A stretch of DNA of 64,000 bases from positions 17,856,001 to 17,920,000 of the forward strand of contig CP075492.1 in NCBI GenBank assembly GCA_021613535.1, in the 5' to 3' direction. Both the position numbers and the translations under genes were made by a program. Shown here piece by piece: positions 38,692 to 51,114 of the stretch; the first letter of the stretch is position 1, and each line of letters opens with the position of its first letter. The notes below the pieces were generated by a model that saw only the letters and a list, made by a program, of their open reading frames with translations, did no database searches and had not been told where the DNA came from. The stretch is from Adineta vaga (lineage: Eukaryota > Animalia > Rotifera).

Positions 38692-39030
38692 ATGGATAGT
38701 GAATCGGATGATGAAACAGGACCATCAGAAGAACAATATACTGATCGAATTTGGAAGAAAACTGTATTCTACCAACATCTCTTCTCCTTGAATGAAACAA
38801 ATGCCGATCTTTCATCAAACATAAACGCTATGAAACATGTTACACATCTTGATTTTTTTCACTTATTATTCGATGAAACCCTAATTGATTTAATTGTTAA
38901 AAAAAACAACAAGTACCAGGTTTTTTTCTAACAACAATGCTACACCCTCAACAAGTTCGCATCAAGCAAAATGAACAGCAACAGATCGCTCTGAAATATA
39001 TACTTTCGTAACTATACAATAATACTCATG
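38692..39030 (+). pseudogene. piggyBac (PGBD-like) transposase N-terminal fragment
   Basis: Acidic MDSESDDE start and THLDFFHLLFDETLIDLIVKKNNKY motif. Confidence 0.65.
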
Positions 39031-39143
39031 TCTATAACTGAAAAAATAAGATTCTCGACTACTGATCAACTGGTCCAATTATTTTATAGAGACAGATTTC
39101 TGATCCTTTTGTAGTATTTACATTGCAATGATGAGTTTGCTCA

Positions 39144-39271
39144 AGGGTGTGGGTGTGGGTGTGGGTGGGTGCGTGTGGTTGTGGAGAGAAGAGGTCAACA
39201 CTTGCAACGACACCCACCCTCACCCATTCAGCCACACCTACATCACCGACATCCACCCCACACCCACACCC
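39144..39271. repeat. Paired telomere-like tract
   Basis: A(GGGTGT)3GGGTGGGTGCG...CACCCACCCTCACCC...CCCACACCCACACCC. Confidence 0.9.
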
Positions 39272-39463
39272 GCTGTTGAGAGAACCACCATTAACTCCCC
39301 CTACAACTAATACTTTCCCATTTGCTAAGATGGGTGCTGTAGGTCCCTCCCGTGCAGCACTCATACTTCCTGTTGTTGTCCAAGTGCCTGTTAACGAATT
39401 ATATAATTCAGCACTGCTCAAACGAGAGCCGCCATTCCATCCACCTGTAACTAACACTGTTCC
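39272..39463 (-). pseudogene. Kelch-repeat fragment (bacterial-type repeat)
   Basis: GTVLVTGGWNGGSRLSSAELYNSLTGTWTTTGSMSAAR...NGKVLVVGG; cut by the LTR on one side and the tract on the other. Confidence 0.85.
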
Positions 39464-40869
39464 TGTTATAGTCAAACGATTATGACATCTATGTTATATT
39501 TTCGTTATTTCTTTCGTATTCTTCTTTCTCTTTGTTGTTGTTATTATATAAGTTGTTGGAAAATAAAAGACAGTCAGTTATGTTCTAACGGACTATTCAC
39601 TCATGTTTTTCTATCTTCATATAGCGAACATAACAGTGGTGACAGCGGTTGGTAAAGAGGTTTAATTATCTCTTTAAATTCGGAAACAACTACAACATCT
39701 TGAAGAAGGAATCCTTCTTTATTAGGAGTAGATTCTGTCATCGTTACACATTCGAATCCACTTAGTATCCACTAACATTTGAATCTGATAAAATATTCAC
39801 GATGGATACCACAGAAGAAGAAAGAATGGCTATCACAAACAAAGCAGTTATTACGTCACAAGAACAACAGTCCTATGATCAAGAAATAGTACGAAGACAT
39901 ATTCATAGTCTAGGTGAAAAAGATTCATCTGATATGGATAAATGGTTATCCACGTTAAACACATTTTATGATGGTTGGAAGTATTCATCATCACAACGTT
40001 TAATTAATGTTGTTACACATCTGAATGTCGATCAAAAAGCATGGTATGATAAAAACAAAGTTGAAATTAATGGAGATTGGACATGTTTTTGTGAACGACT
40101 GAAACAATATGCATCTGACCACAAGATAAATCCAGTGAATATTTCGACTACAGATAGTTCGCTGCTAAGTCATACTGAGTCTGTTATGTTAGAGGAACTA
40201 ATCGACACGAAATTCAACAAATATTCCGGTATTGGTGATGCAAAAATTTGGCTGTTACAAACCATGAATAAATTTAAGGAAACTGGTTTAAGACGAGCTG
40301 ATCAATTTGTAGCTATACCTTTATTATTAGAAGGAGATGTTTACTTATGGTATGCGGAACATGCAGAAACAACTTTCAATTTTGAAAAATTTAGCAAGAT
40401 GCTTCTTCAACAATATTCATCTACAACATTATTACAGAATAATATTACAGAGGGTACAGTTGTTTCAATATCAGCTGTACCTGTCAATTCATCTACATCA
40501 CATTTACAACGAACTATGACAGATGAAATTATTAAACGACCAACATATTTTCGTGGATCACAAGATGATGTACATGAATGGTTGGATAAATTAGAACAAC
40601 GATTTGCAATGGCACAATGGAGTGATGAAAATAAATTACATTACATATCCATACATCTACAAGATGATGCTTATCGATGGTGGATACAAACATCTTCAAC
40701 AATAAAAACTTGGTCTTCATTTACAAGTGCAGTTACACAGGCGTTTGATTCAACACGAACACAAGAATTAGCATTTGAACAATTAAAATGGTACAAACAA
40801 ACAGTTAATCAATCTATTACACAGTATTATGACAAAATTATTGAATTATGTAAAAAGGTTGATTCTGCA
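39464..40869 (+). mobile_element. Truncated Ty3/gypsy-like LTR retrotransposon: 5' LTR, PBS, partial gag
   Basis: LTR 39464-39635 with TGTTAT...ATAACA ends, TATA and AATAAA; PBS-like TGGTGACAGCGG at 39637; gag ORF follows. Confidence 0.85.
39802..40869 (+). CDS. gag: Retrotransposon Gag (capsid-like repeats), C-terminally truncated
   Basis: YFRGSQDDVHEWLDKLEQRF, HLQDDAYRWW and KQTVNQSITQYY motifs; ORF runs into VWVWV encoded by the tract. Confidence 0.85.
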
Positions 40870-40947
40870 AGGGTGTGGGTGTGGGTGTGGGTGTGGGTCA
40901 GGCTATACTCTTAACCCACACCTACGCGCACATCCTCAAGATTTTAG
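40870..40947. repeat. Paired telomere-like tract ending gag
   Basis: A(GGGTGT)4GGGT, spacer, CCCACACCTACGCGCACATCCTCAAGATTTTAG. A second degenerate pair lies at about 40987-41047. Confidence 0.9.
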
Positions 40948-42728
40948 ATATTTCGTATAGTTTTTAACAGGGTTATTTAACATACGCGTGAGGGTGTGAA
41001 TATAACTGAGAGTATCACTGTACTTTTTTTTACACATATATTCACCCAATTTCTCAGTTTCAACATTTCATTTCTCCTTATTCTTTCACATAAAGAGAAA
41101 TTAGATTAATTATATTTTCTCTTCATAAACGTGATCGAATAAATTGAATTAATGCTTGAAATTCTTAATAATATAAATTCGAAGGTAACACAAAGATAAC
41201 AAACATAATCATTGATAGTAAAATGAATTTTGTCATGATTTAATGCAAGTTGTTTTTAATCAAATAATTAAACGTGGTAATGATAAAATAACAATTATTA
41301 CTGGACTAATGAAAATTTGTTTATGTACAACAAATTATTTAATAAGATATTTTTGAAATGTTAATTTTGATAGAGTTGTATTATAATTTTATAAAAATTT
41401 TGGATAATGAGTAATACACTATGTGCACTGTTGTTTATGATTATCATATAAATCATGAATAATTGATATCATAAGTAATAGAACCATATTTAGCTGTTTT
41501 TTTACTTTTATTTTCATTAAATTCAATTTCAATGAAAATTGAATATGCTCGTTCAATTGTTACACATCCATTTAATCAATTATCGGAACAAATCGAAGAT
41601 TTAAGACGATATTCAACAGATTTACAACTAAATTGAAAAAATGCACAGTAAATTTATTGTTAATAAAAAGTTGTTTTTGATGAAATAACTAAATATATTT
41701 CACAATCAACTTATCGAGATTTTTCTCGATAAAAAGTTAAAAATGAACAAATTTTATTTATTAAATCAAATAGAAACATTAAAATTGTTATCCCAAAATT
41801 TATTTTAATTGATAACAAAATGATTGTTTTGAAAATCTTGAATTACGTTGAATTTCATAATATTTTCTTTTGCCGTCATATGCAGTGAGTAATGTTGATT
41901 TCTGTAATTTAGATCTTCGTATAATAAAGTTCCTTTCTTCTCTTTCTTTTCTCTCAATCTATTCTAATTGCAATAATACTAGTAGAAATATGAACGAACG
42001 GAATGACATTCGCCAGGTTAAAGCTGATGTAAAAAAATAGAAAAATAAAATGCTTATTACTCACTTTGTTTCTTTAGATCTCTCACAGTGAAAGTGAAAT
42101 CGAACGACTTGATGGGAATATAAATACAATTACATATCCAATCCAACAGTTACAAGCAAGTTTAAATAATTTAACATCGGACAAACAAACACAGCAAACT
42201 GCTTTAAGTAATGCAAAAGCAGAATTAGGTATGAAGTATCACGATATCAAACATATTTTAGCTCTAATTAATTCGTGAGCAGCTGCTATACCTGAAAGTT
42301 CAATGTTAAATTAGAATGTTAACAGCCAGAAAGGATTATCGGAAGTGACTATAAAGAAAAACTTTGTTCGTGATTATTAACGATATTTTTGTTAGTAAAA
42401 TGTATCTAATATGAATATCAATAAAAAAAGAACGAAAAAGTAGAATTGACGTGTATTCATCAGTTGAAGATGTCTTTGTTCTTATATGGAAAACAGAATA
42501 ACGAAAATTTTTCACTTCTTCATTATAAACTCTAATTAACATTGAACTATCTTAAGCAATTAGAACTTCCTTAATATTTGCATTTTCTTCTTTTTAGTTC
42601 ATCTCGAAAATAAGCTACAACAACAGCAGAACAAAGAGAATTGATTTCTCTTAACAAATATATTCGAACTTTATGTACTTTTTCATTGTTCCAGTCGCTT
42701 TTTATTATCTAATTCTAAGTAAAAAAGT

Positions 42729-44474
42729 TTACAATAAAGGAAAATAATCATAATAGTCTTTCGAACCAACATTTGTTGTATAAGTAATTAATCGTTGAAC
42801 ATTTTTACAATTGCGTCGTGTTGTTTCTCGTGTAAAATCTTTTGTAATCATTCTTAATTTTTCATAATCAAGTCTTAATCGAGTCAAACATGGTAAACGT
42901 ATTCTAGTTTCATTTAGAAATTCTTCGACGTAATATATACTTACTCTTAAAATATCAAGAAAAGTTAGATGTGGATATTCAACTACTTCATATGGATGAA
43001 TAATATCATCAAATGCTACTATCATATTACATAACGATGGTATCGAATTGATGACACTGAGTTTTCGAAGTCTTGGAAAATTTTGACTTAGTCGCTGAAA
43101 AAACTCATGATCAAATGCAATTTCATCATATAGAAATAATTCCATAACATTCTTGTATAAAATATTTGGAAATATGTTACCAACGTATGTAAGATTATCA
43201 AATAGAAAGGGAAGTGTGAAAATATGGTTTATACTTGTATTATAAACCTTCTGGACAAAATTTGATATTTCTTGATCTTTTATGTTTTTTATATAATTTT
43301 CTTTAATATCATTCTTAGATAAATAATCAACTAAATCGGTTATGTTATTCCTTGTACCAAGATAAAAGTTAAAGGAATGAATTTGTGACATATGCATTAA
43401 AAACTGATTTATGAGATAAATTGGATTCATGAAATTAGTCTGGATGTCGATGCGTAAGTATAAAGTTAGCTTTTCCAAGTTTATCATACGACGAAAATGT
43501 AATACAATGTTATTATCATATTGTGTAATTTCATTATAACATATTAATGAAAAATATTTGAGTTTAAGTAAATAATCCTATAAAATATATTAATAGTTTA
43601 TCGAGAAATTTATTTCACCCAGATCAAATAAGATAAATATTTACTGAGTTATATACAAGTGACGAATCGATATCCATGGAATAAATTTCAACAATCAAAG
43701 TATGCAATTCTTTGAGTCGACCATCAAGTAAATGAAGAAGATCAGTAAACGTTTGCACATTAATGCGCAAGTAAGTAAGTGTTGAAGAAGAAAAGATATT
43801 GGATGGTAAATAATGAAGTGATAAGCCTGCATATGCTAAACCTATAGACGAAGTAAGACTCATGTGTTTTAACTTTTCACCCTCAACCAAAATTTGTGCA
43901 TATACTGTTTTTGTAATAGCTTTCGATGATCTTGGAACTGTCGCTTCATAGTTATAGATTAAATCAAGTTTTGTAATTTGTTGTTTTAAAATATGTCGAA
44001 ACGACAAATCATCTAAATAAAAAAACAATTATGAAACACTACATAATCTCCATGTTCATATTGTAATCATTTGACTAAAAGAGTTTAGAGAATACAATTA
44101 AACTCACTTATATAACAAGTTAATGTTTGATCATTTTGACGATGAACAATTGTCAATTCAGTTAAATTCGGATAATGGCTGGCAAAGAAAAGGCGTTCCA
44201 TATATTTCGGCTCAAGAATGAGACATTTGACATCTGAAGAAATTTGAGGTAATATATAATCACAGAACCGATCGAGTATTCCACAAATTATTGAAGTATT
44301 TTGCGTCATTGATGCAATATTAAGTACACTAGAAAATGATTCATATTGTATTATATTTTCTAATCGTTTGTTATTAACGCCAAGAAAGGAATAAAGAACA
44401 TCAGCATTACCAAGTTTCTTGAAAATATTTAATAATATTTCATCTGGCAAATCAAGAAGATCAATATGAAACAT
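42729..44474 (-). CDS. F-box-like / LRR-like protein (paralog of 9327-11010), 3 exons
   Basis: LLDLPDEILLNIFKKL; FSSSTL, HLLDGR, HIFTLPF, AFDHEFF, YFP. Confidence 0.8.
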
Positions 44475-44599
44475 AACTATACTCGTTAAGGTTTCCCTTG
44501 AACTTCTACCAACCTGTATAAAAATAAATGTTCTTTATATATTTTTGTGACCTATATGATAACAATGTAGAATGAAATGAATGATTTATTAGAAGAAAA

Positions 44600-44787
44600 A
44601 ATATATCGATTGGTTGACCGTCATTTAACCGGAAGAAAGAAAAAAAGTCGAATGGACTAATATCGAAAGAAAATAGTCGAAGAAAGACAATAGAGGAGAA
44701 ATAGTGTAGAAAAGGAAAATATCGAATTGACCATGACCGAAAGAGAAAAATGCCGAAAAGAATTGAGACATGTAACAATGTTTCCGT
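44600..44787 (+). repeat. Degenerate ~15-bp-period NNCGAA array upstream of F-box gene 2
   Basis: Cores at 44647, 44662, 44676, 44691, 44706, 44721, 44736 and 44752; ends in GTTTCC. An inverted remnant lies at about 45190-45255. Confidence 0.6.
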
Positions 44788-45771
44788 CTGATTTAGCGTA
44801 GGTTACTCTATGTCTTATCTTTTATGTCAATTCTATCGATATGTGATCGAAACCATCCGTAATAAAGAATCCTGTGCTCCAATCCGTTAGTTTAGCATAT
44901 CATAATCGCTTAGATCATTAAATGCAAACGCATCATTCAAATTTTTAGTTGTCCATGAAATTCTTCTGAGAGAATCGTTTTGCGATATGTATATTCAACT
45001 TCACGTGGATCCTAATGTGGCTTAAAAATGCCAAGAGAATTGTTGTTCAATACGATATGGATAATCTAGGAGATTTCATGTACAGTTGTTAAAAAAGAAA
45101 ACTTCTTTGAGATTTTGCTACATTCATGCCTGTTCTAGCCTGATATGCTATGTTGCCAAGTAAAAAACAATGAAATTCTTCCCCAATGCAATTATCGACG
45201 TTATTCCTGTTCGACATTTTTCCTTTCGGTATTTCTACTTTTTTCTCTTCGACGCTAGTCCAATAGCTGTGCTCCAAGTTCTAGTACTTACAAATAAAAC
45301 TATCGATTTGATCCACTCGAATTATTAACTATTTTTAAGCGTATATATTGGCTTATCAACTGTGAATCGATTCATCGTACCATGTTTTGTTGTAATAATT
45401 AAAAAAGTTTATCATCGTTCTCGTATCGTTCCATCTGGATAGTTTTATACGACATCATACGATTATTCTTAATAACTTTTTTATTTTACCTCCGATCAAG
45501 CATTATATTCATTTTAGAAACCTTCTTTTGTTTTTGTTCTGTATAAAATTAACGATTAAAATAGAAGAAAGTACTCTTTAGAAATGAATAAGAACAAATG
45601 TCATCAAGTATCTGTCGACTTTTGACAAAATTCTTCGATTACTTATGGCGAAGATTTAGCAAACTACCAAGAACAAAATTAACTCTAGAAGTACTATATT
45701 TGATGTAAATTTTGATAGAAGCAAAAGAGAAAGCTGCGGTTTTCACGATTGGAAGGAGGAAATCAAGAAAG

Positions 45772-45844
45772 ATCTTGAGGGTGGGTGTGAATATTAGTAT
45801 CTGTTTCTTATTTACATGAAAACCCACACCCACACCCTCACCCA
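45772..45844. repeat. Paired telomere-like tract
   Basis: ATCTTGAGGGTGGGTGTG...ACCCACACCCACACCCTCACCCA. Confidence 0.9.
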
Positions 45845-45867
45845 TCTCATAAAAATCATTTTGATTA

Positions 45868-47181
45868 ATGCAGCTTTTAACACTATTCATCTTATTTATC
45901 ATTTATACGACTATCTTTGGTCGTCAATGTATTACAACTCATGATGGGTAGCGTCTCGAAAAGATATTAAATGAAAATTTCACTGTTGACAAGCTTCTGG
46001 AAGATCTTTATAAGTTCAATACTGATCGATATGATGGTGATTCATGTCGCCTTGATATTTATATTAATTACGCTGAACAGATCTTGTCTATTCTCTTTAC
46101 TAAACATCTTGAAAATAGTAAATTACATGATGAAATTGTGTTGACAACATACGTGAAGGAAACTCAAACTGACGATATAGAACTTTATCATTTTCTTGGA
46201 TATGCTTGTAGTGAAGATAAATGTGAAATTAAATTTTTTGAAAAATATCTTCAATGGTTACTTAATGCTCAATATCCAGAATTATCGAATAAATTGAGTA
46301 AATTTATTATTCGAAATGGTACAATTCCACGTAAGTTAATTAGTAGAATGATTTCTTATATAAGAAGTTAAATATCTTTATAAATGTGAGTATAGAGATG
46401 TTCAATACTTTTTTTCAAATAATTGATTTAAATAGATTATAAGATTGAGTAATAAAGCAATAATTTTTCAAATCATTCAATGCGAATACCTTAGTTTCTG
46501 TTAATAACATCTGATCGTATGAAATTTTACCTAATTAAAATTTACAAAATACATAACACAACTAGAAGTAATCAATGAACTTAAATTGATATTTCTAAGA
46601 TGAAAATTCCTCATTGAGCAATACTGATAGATATGTATCAAAGTTAAACAGAATCATTTACAATTTTTATTGTTTGTTTATATCTTTATTTACATGTAGG
46701 AAAATGTTTTTCCGATTTATATGTCAGTGAACGGTGCCCTGGTGAGCAATGTTTTGCAAGCGTTAGATCATATAAAGATCAACTATTTATTCGTCGAGAT
46801 TGTTTTGCTGACAAGGATAAAATAAAACCGATGGGAGTTTCTATTCAACTACTTTTTGATATAAATTTTCAAAATATCGATATGTCAATTTTATTTCATT
46901 GTGAATATGATAAGTGTAATAGTGATGATATTATCATGCAAATAAAGAATATATTCGATACAGTATATGATCCAATTGCTATACTCAAAGTCTTTGGTTA
47001 CAAAAGAGAATCAGAAGAAAAACAATCAACAATCAAAACAAATGTAACATTAATCTCACTAACGGCAACTTCGACTAAAATAAATGAAAATATAACACTA
47101 AATAATAATGCATGGTATACAACAAGTACAAAAAGAATGATTCTCATGGGAATAACATTTTGCTTAGTTTTCTTTATTTAA
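45868..47181 (+). pseudogene. Secreted/GPI- or TM-anchored Cys-rich protein with early in-frame TAG
   Basis: MQLLTLFILFIIYTTIFGRQC signal peptide, TAG at 45949, frame continues into ORF 46084; second exon ends CEYDKCN...hydrophobic tail. Confidence 0.6.
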
Positions 47182-47430
47182 ATACAAAAAAACTGAAATA
47201 CTGATTTACTTAGTTTGTGCTTTTTAAAATCTCGCTTATCTTGAAATATTATTGAATAACTAATAAACCTTTCATCTCATATTCATTTACCATACATATG
47301 CAGTTTGTTTTTTTTTACAAGAAAATCAAAGATATGGTGTTTAATATAAAAAAGTCTACAGTTCTATTCTTAAATTGTAAGAGGTACGAATAATTAATCA
47401 GATTGATTTTATTAGAATTGAAAATCATTA

Positions 47431-47547
47431 TTAACCCTTTATGATCTGCTGACTTTCCGAAAGATATTGGAGAAATTAACATAATTTATATTATAAAAAA
47501 TATTACGATGTCTCCTAGGAGGGCTATTGGATCTCGTAAAGGATTAA
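47431..47547. mobile_element. Short piggyBac-like MITE
   Basis: TTAA-CCCTTTATGA ... TCGTAAAGGA-TTAA. Confidence 0.5.
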
Positions 47548-48101
47548 GCTCAATTATATTTCATAAACATTAACTTATACAAGTCTTTGTGCTATTATAT
47601 AAATACTGTTTAAAATAGTTAGAAGCAAATAATTAAAAAGCAATTTGATAAAGAAAAGACAAATCTTTGTTAAATAACTATTGATAATTTAACTGTATTC
47701 ATTCAGAACAATGAATTTTGGGTTTGCGAATGTTTATGGATTAATAGATCGTCACACATAAACTATATTGAAGAAGTTTTGAGAAACGTGAAAATAATTG
47801 AGATATTCCATAGATTAGTTTATTAACAAGATCTTCAATTTATGTCAAAGGGCTATTTAATGAAGAAAATTATCGATTAATAAGAAAATTCTTTCAACAC
47901 AAATGTGCTTTTGTTGTGAACTTCTTGTTATTTTCTTAAAAAATACTTAATTAAGTCGAATTAAGTTAAATGGTCTACCTCTATTCAGAAATAGACGACA
48001 TTGATAAACTATAAGTTCTTTATATTATTGTATGAAGATTAGATGTAAAAGATGATAATTCAATTAATTTCAACATCGAAAAATGTTGAAATATTAATTC
48101 C

Positions 48102-48159
48102 ATCTTGAGGGTGTGCGTGTGAATCTATCTTCTTTATCCACACCTATACCCTCACCCAC
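48102..48159. repeat. Paired telomere-like tract
   Basis: ATCTTGAGGGTGTGCGTGTG...CCACACCTATACCCTCACCCAC. Confidence 0.9.
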
Positions 48160-48280
48160 TATCACGTAAATAGAGAACGACAATCTTACTTATATATTGA
48201 CATTATCGTGACACAGCACGTTGACTATTTATTGAAAAATACGAAATACGATATATGAAAGAGAAAAAAAAGCCAGAAAA

Positions 48281-49778
48281 TTAGACGAAATCTTGGCCCA
48301 GTTCAATTTCTTTTTCAGGTAAACCAGCGAGCAATTCTTCAGCATCTTTCTCTGTCATTTCCATGTATTCCTTTAGTGAAGGAAGTTTGTTCAAATAAGC
48401 TGTTGAATGATTTGATAAAACTTCATCTGATGGTTGAGTTTTATAATTCAACATCGATCGTGTACGTGGTGTCATAAAATCTTTCGATTTCAAAAACTTT
48501 GTCAATGTATTTCCTACATGAAAATAATATAGCTTTGAGATTTTAAATAATATAAAACTAGTTTTTACAAACCAATAATAAAACCACCTTTAGTTGGCAC
48601 TTGACCTACTCCACCTTTTCTTCCGATTGTAACAACCATGCCTGGATATTGACTAGACTGATATTGTTTAGGATAGGACTTTTTTCCTTCAATGATTCGA
48701 ATCAAAGACGCGACATATTCTGCTTGATTTCCAGCATAATAAGCCATTTTATCTTCCTTATTACTTATATCACCAACAGCAAAAATATTTGTATATCCTT
48801 CGACTTGTAAATGATTGTCGACTTTAAGTCGACCATTTTGAGGATCAATTTTATTTGCTAAATCACCTGTCATCAAACTTTTATTATTTACTCGTGCTCC
48901 AGTACAGATAAATGTTAAATCAGCTGTTAATGATTGTTTTTTATTCTGTGTAATAAAAGTTTTTCTACCAGAAATATAATTAACAGGCAATTTTGTATTG
49001 GAATCATTTGTCACGTTGATTCGATCATTGAATAAGATTTCAACACCGATTTGTTCGAGTTGCCGTCGAACATTATTATAAAATTCTTCTTTGAATACAT
49101 TCGGTTGAAACAAAGTAGAACCACTATGTACAAGAGTAATCTCCTTGTCGGGAAAGTCTGTCGCTATTTCACCACAAAGTTCTACACCAACAGGACCTCC
49201 GCCAATAACAAGAATTTGATGTGCTTGTTCGATTTGTTCTCGCATAAAACTGTAACGTGAAAGTGCTTGAGCACGTTGAACATCGGCTACTTTGCCTGGA
49301 AATGCATAAGAAGATCCAGTAGCAATAACTAAATAATCAAAATGAATAGGTTGATCATAACCGTGAACCATTACACCATTCGAAGAGATCGATATCACTT
49401 CAGCTTGTACAACACAACCTGAAAGATGAAATAGATTAAAAAGAGAAAGTATTTCTCTTTTCTGAATACGAACCATGAGTGAGTAGTCGATCATATGGAA
49501 TCATAATTTGATTTGCATAAGTTGGTTCTACACAAGCACGTAATGTGGCTAGATTGTGCAGAAAATATGATTTACGATCGATGAGTACTACAAAAAATTG
49601 TCCATTTTTATCGAGTAATTGAGCACATTTGACACCACCTAAGAGTAAATAAATATGTATCTTATATTCTGTTTTATATTGGCCTTTAGATGAATGGATT
49701 TTACTTACCATATCCACCTCCAATGATGAGTACTACAGGTTTCTTTCCTGAATTTTCTCGAGAACCGATTACTCCCAT
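48281..49778 (-). CDS. AIFM2: AIF-M2 / FSP1-like FAD-dependent NAD(P)H oxidoreductase, 4 exons
   Basis: MGVIGS start, VLIIGGGYG-G, DYLVIATGS, ILVIGGGPVGVELCGEI, NIFAVGD. Confidence 0.85.
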
Positions 49779-50105
49779 TGTTTGTATGAGTTACTTTACA
49801 TCATATCGTTCTAATTTTATATAGATGCGAGTTTTTGCCTTGTCATACGTTACATAGGCAATACATAAAGTACGTTCTTTTTCCTTTCACTCTAAGTAAA
49901 ACTGAACTGTTCTCTTTTCTTTATGACGATGCATATTTTTTGACGAGATCGCGTTGAAAGTATAATTTTTTGTATGACGATAGCAGAACGAAAAGAAAAG
50001 AAAATAAAAGAAACAACTGTCGTGCACTTTTTCCTCTTTTATTTGATTGGCATTGTAGTTATCGAGAAATGAAAAACGAGATTATTTTCATGTTATAACT
50101 TTCGT

Positions 50106-50151
50106 AGGGTATGGGTATTCTTCTTTACAAGCATATCGACACCCACACCCT
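50106..50151. repeat. Paired telomere-like tract (short)
   Basis: AGGGTATGGGT...ACACCCACACCCT. Confidence 0.8.
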
Positions 50152-50184
50152 TTAAAATAAAGTACATTAAGAATGAAGTATATT

Positions 50185-50865
50185 TCAGAATAACTGTACT
50201 GCAACTCTTTCATTAAGTGGAAAAGTAGGCCCAACGATGTCTCCATATGAAATGAATCCATTTTTTATATAATAATCACCATCGTAATCACCACAATATC
50301 CAATCCATTGTATAGAATTTAATTTATTTTCATTTATTAACCATTCATAAAATGCTTTACATTCATGATTTTCATAACCATCATAATGCCAGAACTCATC
50401 AAATACAATAATAGATTTTGGACCTAATAGTTTTCCTAAATAATCAAATACTGTTTTAGTTGAAGAATATATATCACAGTCGACATGTAATAATGCTATT
50501 TTAGCATTAATATGGTTATTGACAAAATCTGGTAATGTATCTTCAAACATTCCAGTTATGATCTTGATATTATCTTCAACCACGGGTATAGTTGACTGTT
50601 TATATGCACCTTTTTGCATTGGACGTGGTGACCAATCTTCTGGTAAACCCTGAAAGCTATCAAATCCATACACAATACGATTAGCATTAATATTTTTAGC
50701 TATATAATTTGTAGTCAAAGCTGATCCAACACCACATTCAATAATTAGACCATCAGATGATATTAATTTATTTTCTAATATGTATTGTAATGGTGAAAGT
50801 GCATTTGGTATTTTAGAAATACTTGATTTTAAATCTTGTAAAAATTTTTCATACGAGGATGACAT
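50185..50865 (-). CDS. TylF/MycF-type class I SAM-dependent O-methyltransferase, intronless
   Basis: IIECGVGSA, YGFDSFQGLPEDW, GMFEDTLP, LLHVDCDIYSST, IIVFDEF. Confidence 0.85.
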   Translation of the reverse strand: MSSSYEKFLQDLKSSISKIPNALSPLQYILENKLISSDGLIIECGVGSALTTNYIAKNINANRIVYGFDSFQGLPEDWSPRPMQKGAYKQSTIPVVEDNIKIITGMFEDTLPDFVNNHINAKIALLHVDCDIYSSTKTVFDYLGKLLGPKSIIVFDEFWHYDGYENHECKAFYEWLINENKLNSIQWIGYCGDYDGDYYIKNGFISYGDIVGPTFPLNERVAVQLF

Positions 50866-51114
50866 TATAAAATATATAAGATATGTGTAGTTGTATATGT
50901 GCGTAGTTTTACCTTTACTCTATTTATATATCACTTTACCGCACTATAACATTGTCTCTTTATTCTTCTTCATTGTTCTTCTTTTTCTTTCTCTTCTTCT
51001 GCGCTCTTTTATCTAATACTGCACTCATTGTGATATGAACACGATTAGAGTAGTGAAGTAACTTAATAAATATTAATACCGATTTTATTACACTTTAGCT
51101 TATTCCTTCGCTCC

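Noticed and set aside
39128-39485. ORFs with VWVWV, GVGVG or HTHTH runs (also 969, 30645, 45639, 52303)
   Set aside because: These are translations of the telomere-like tracts, not real protein motifs.
41400-42240. Decayed coiled-coil-like coding fragments
   Set aside because: Too degraded to assign a product.
50884-51080. Possible solo LTR upstream of the methyltransferase
   Set aside because: LTR-like composition and TGTGATATG/TATAACA words are present, but not in a consistent TG...CA arrangement with a TSD.
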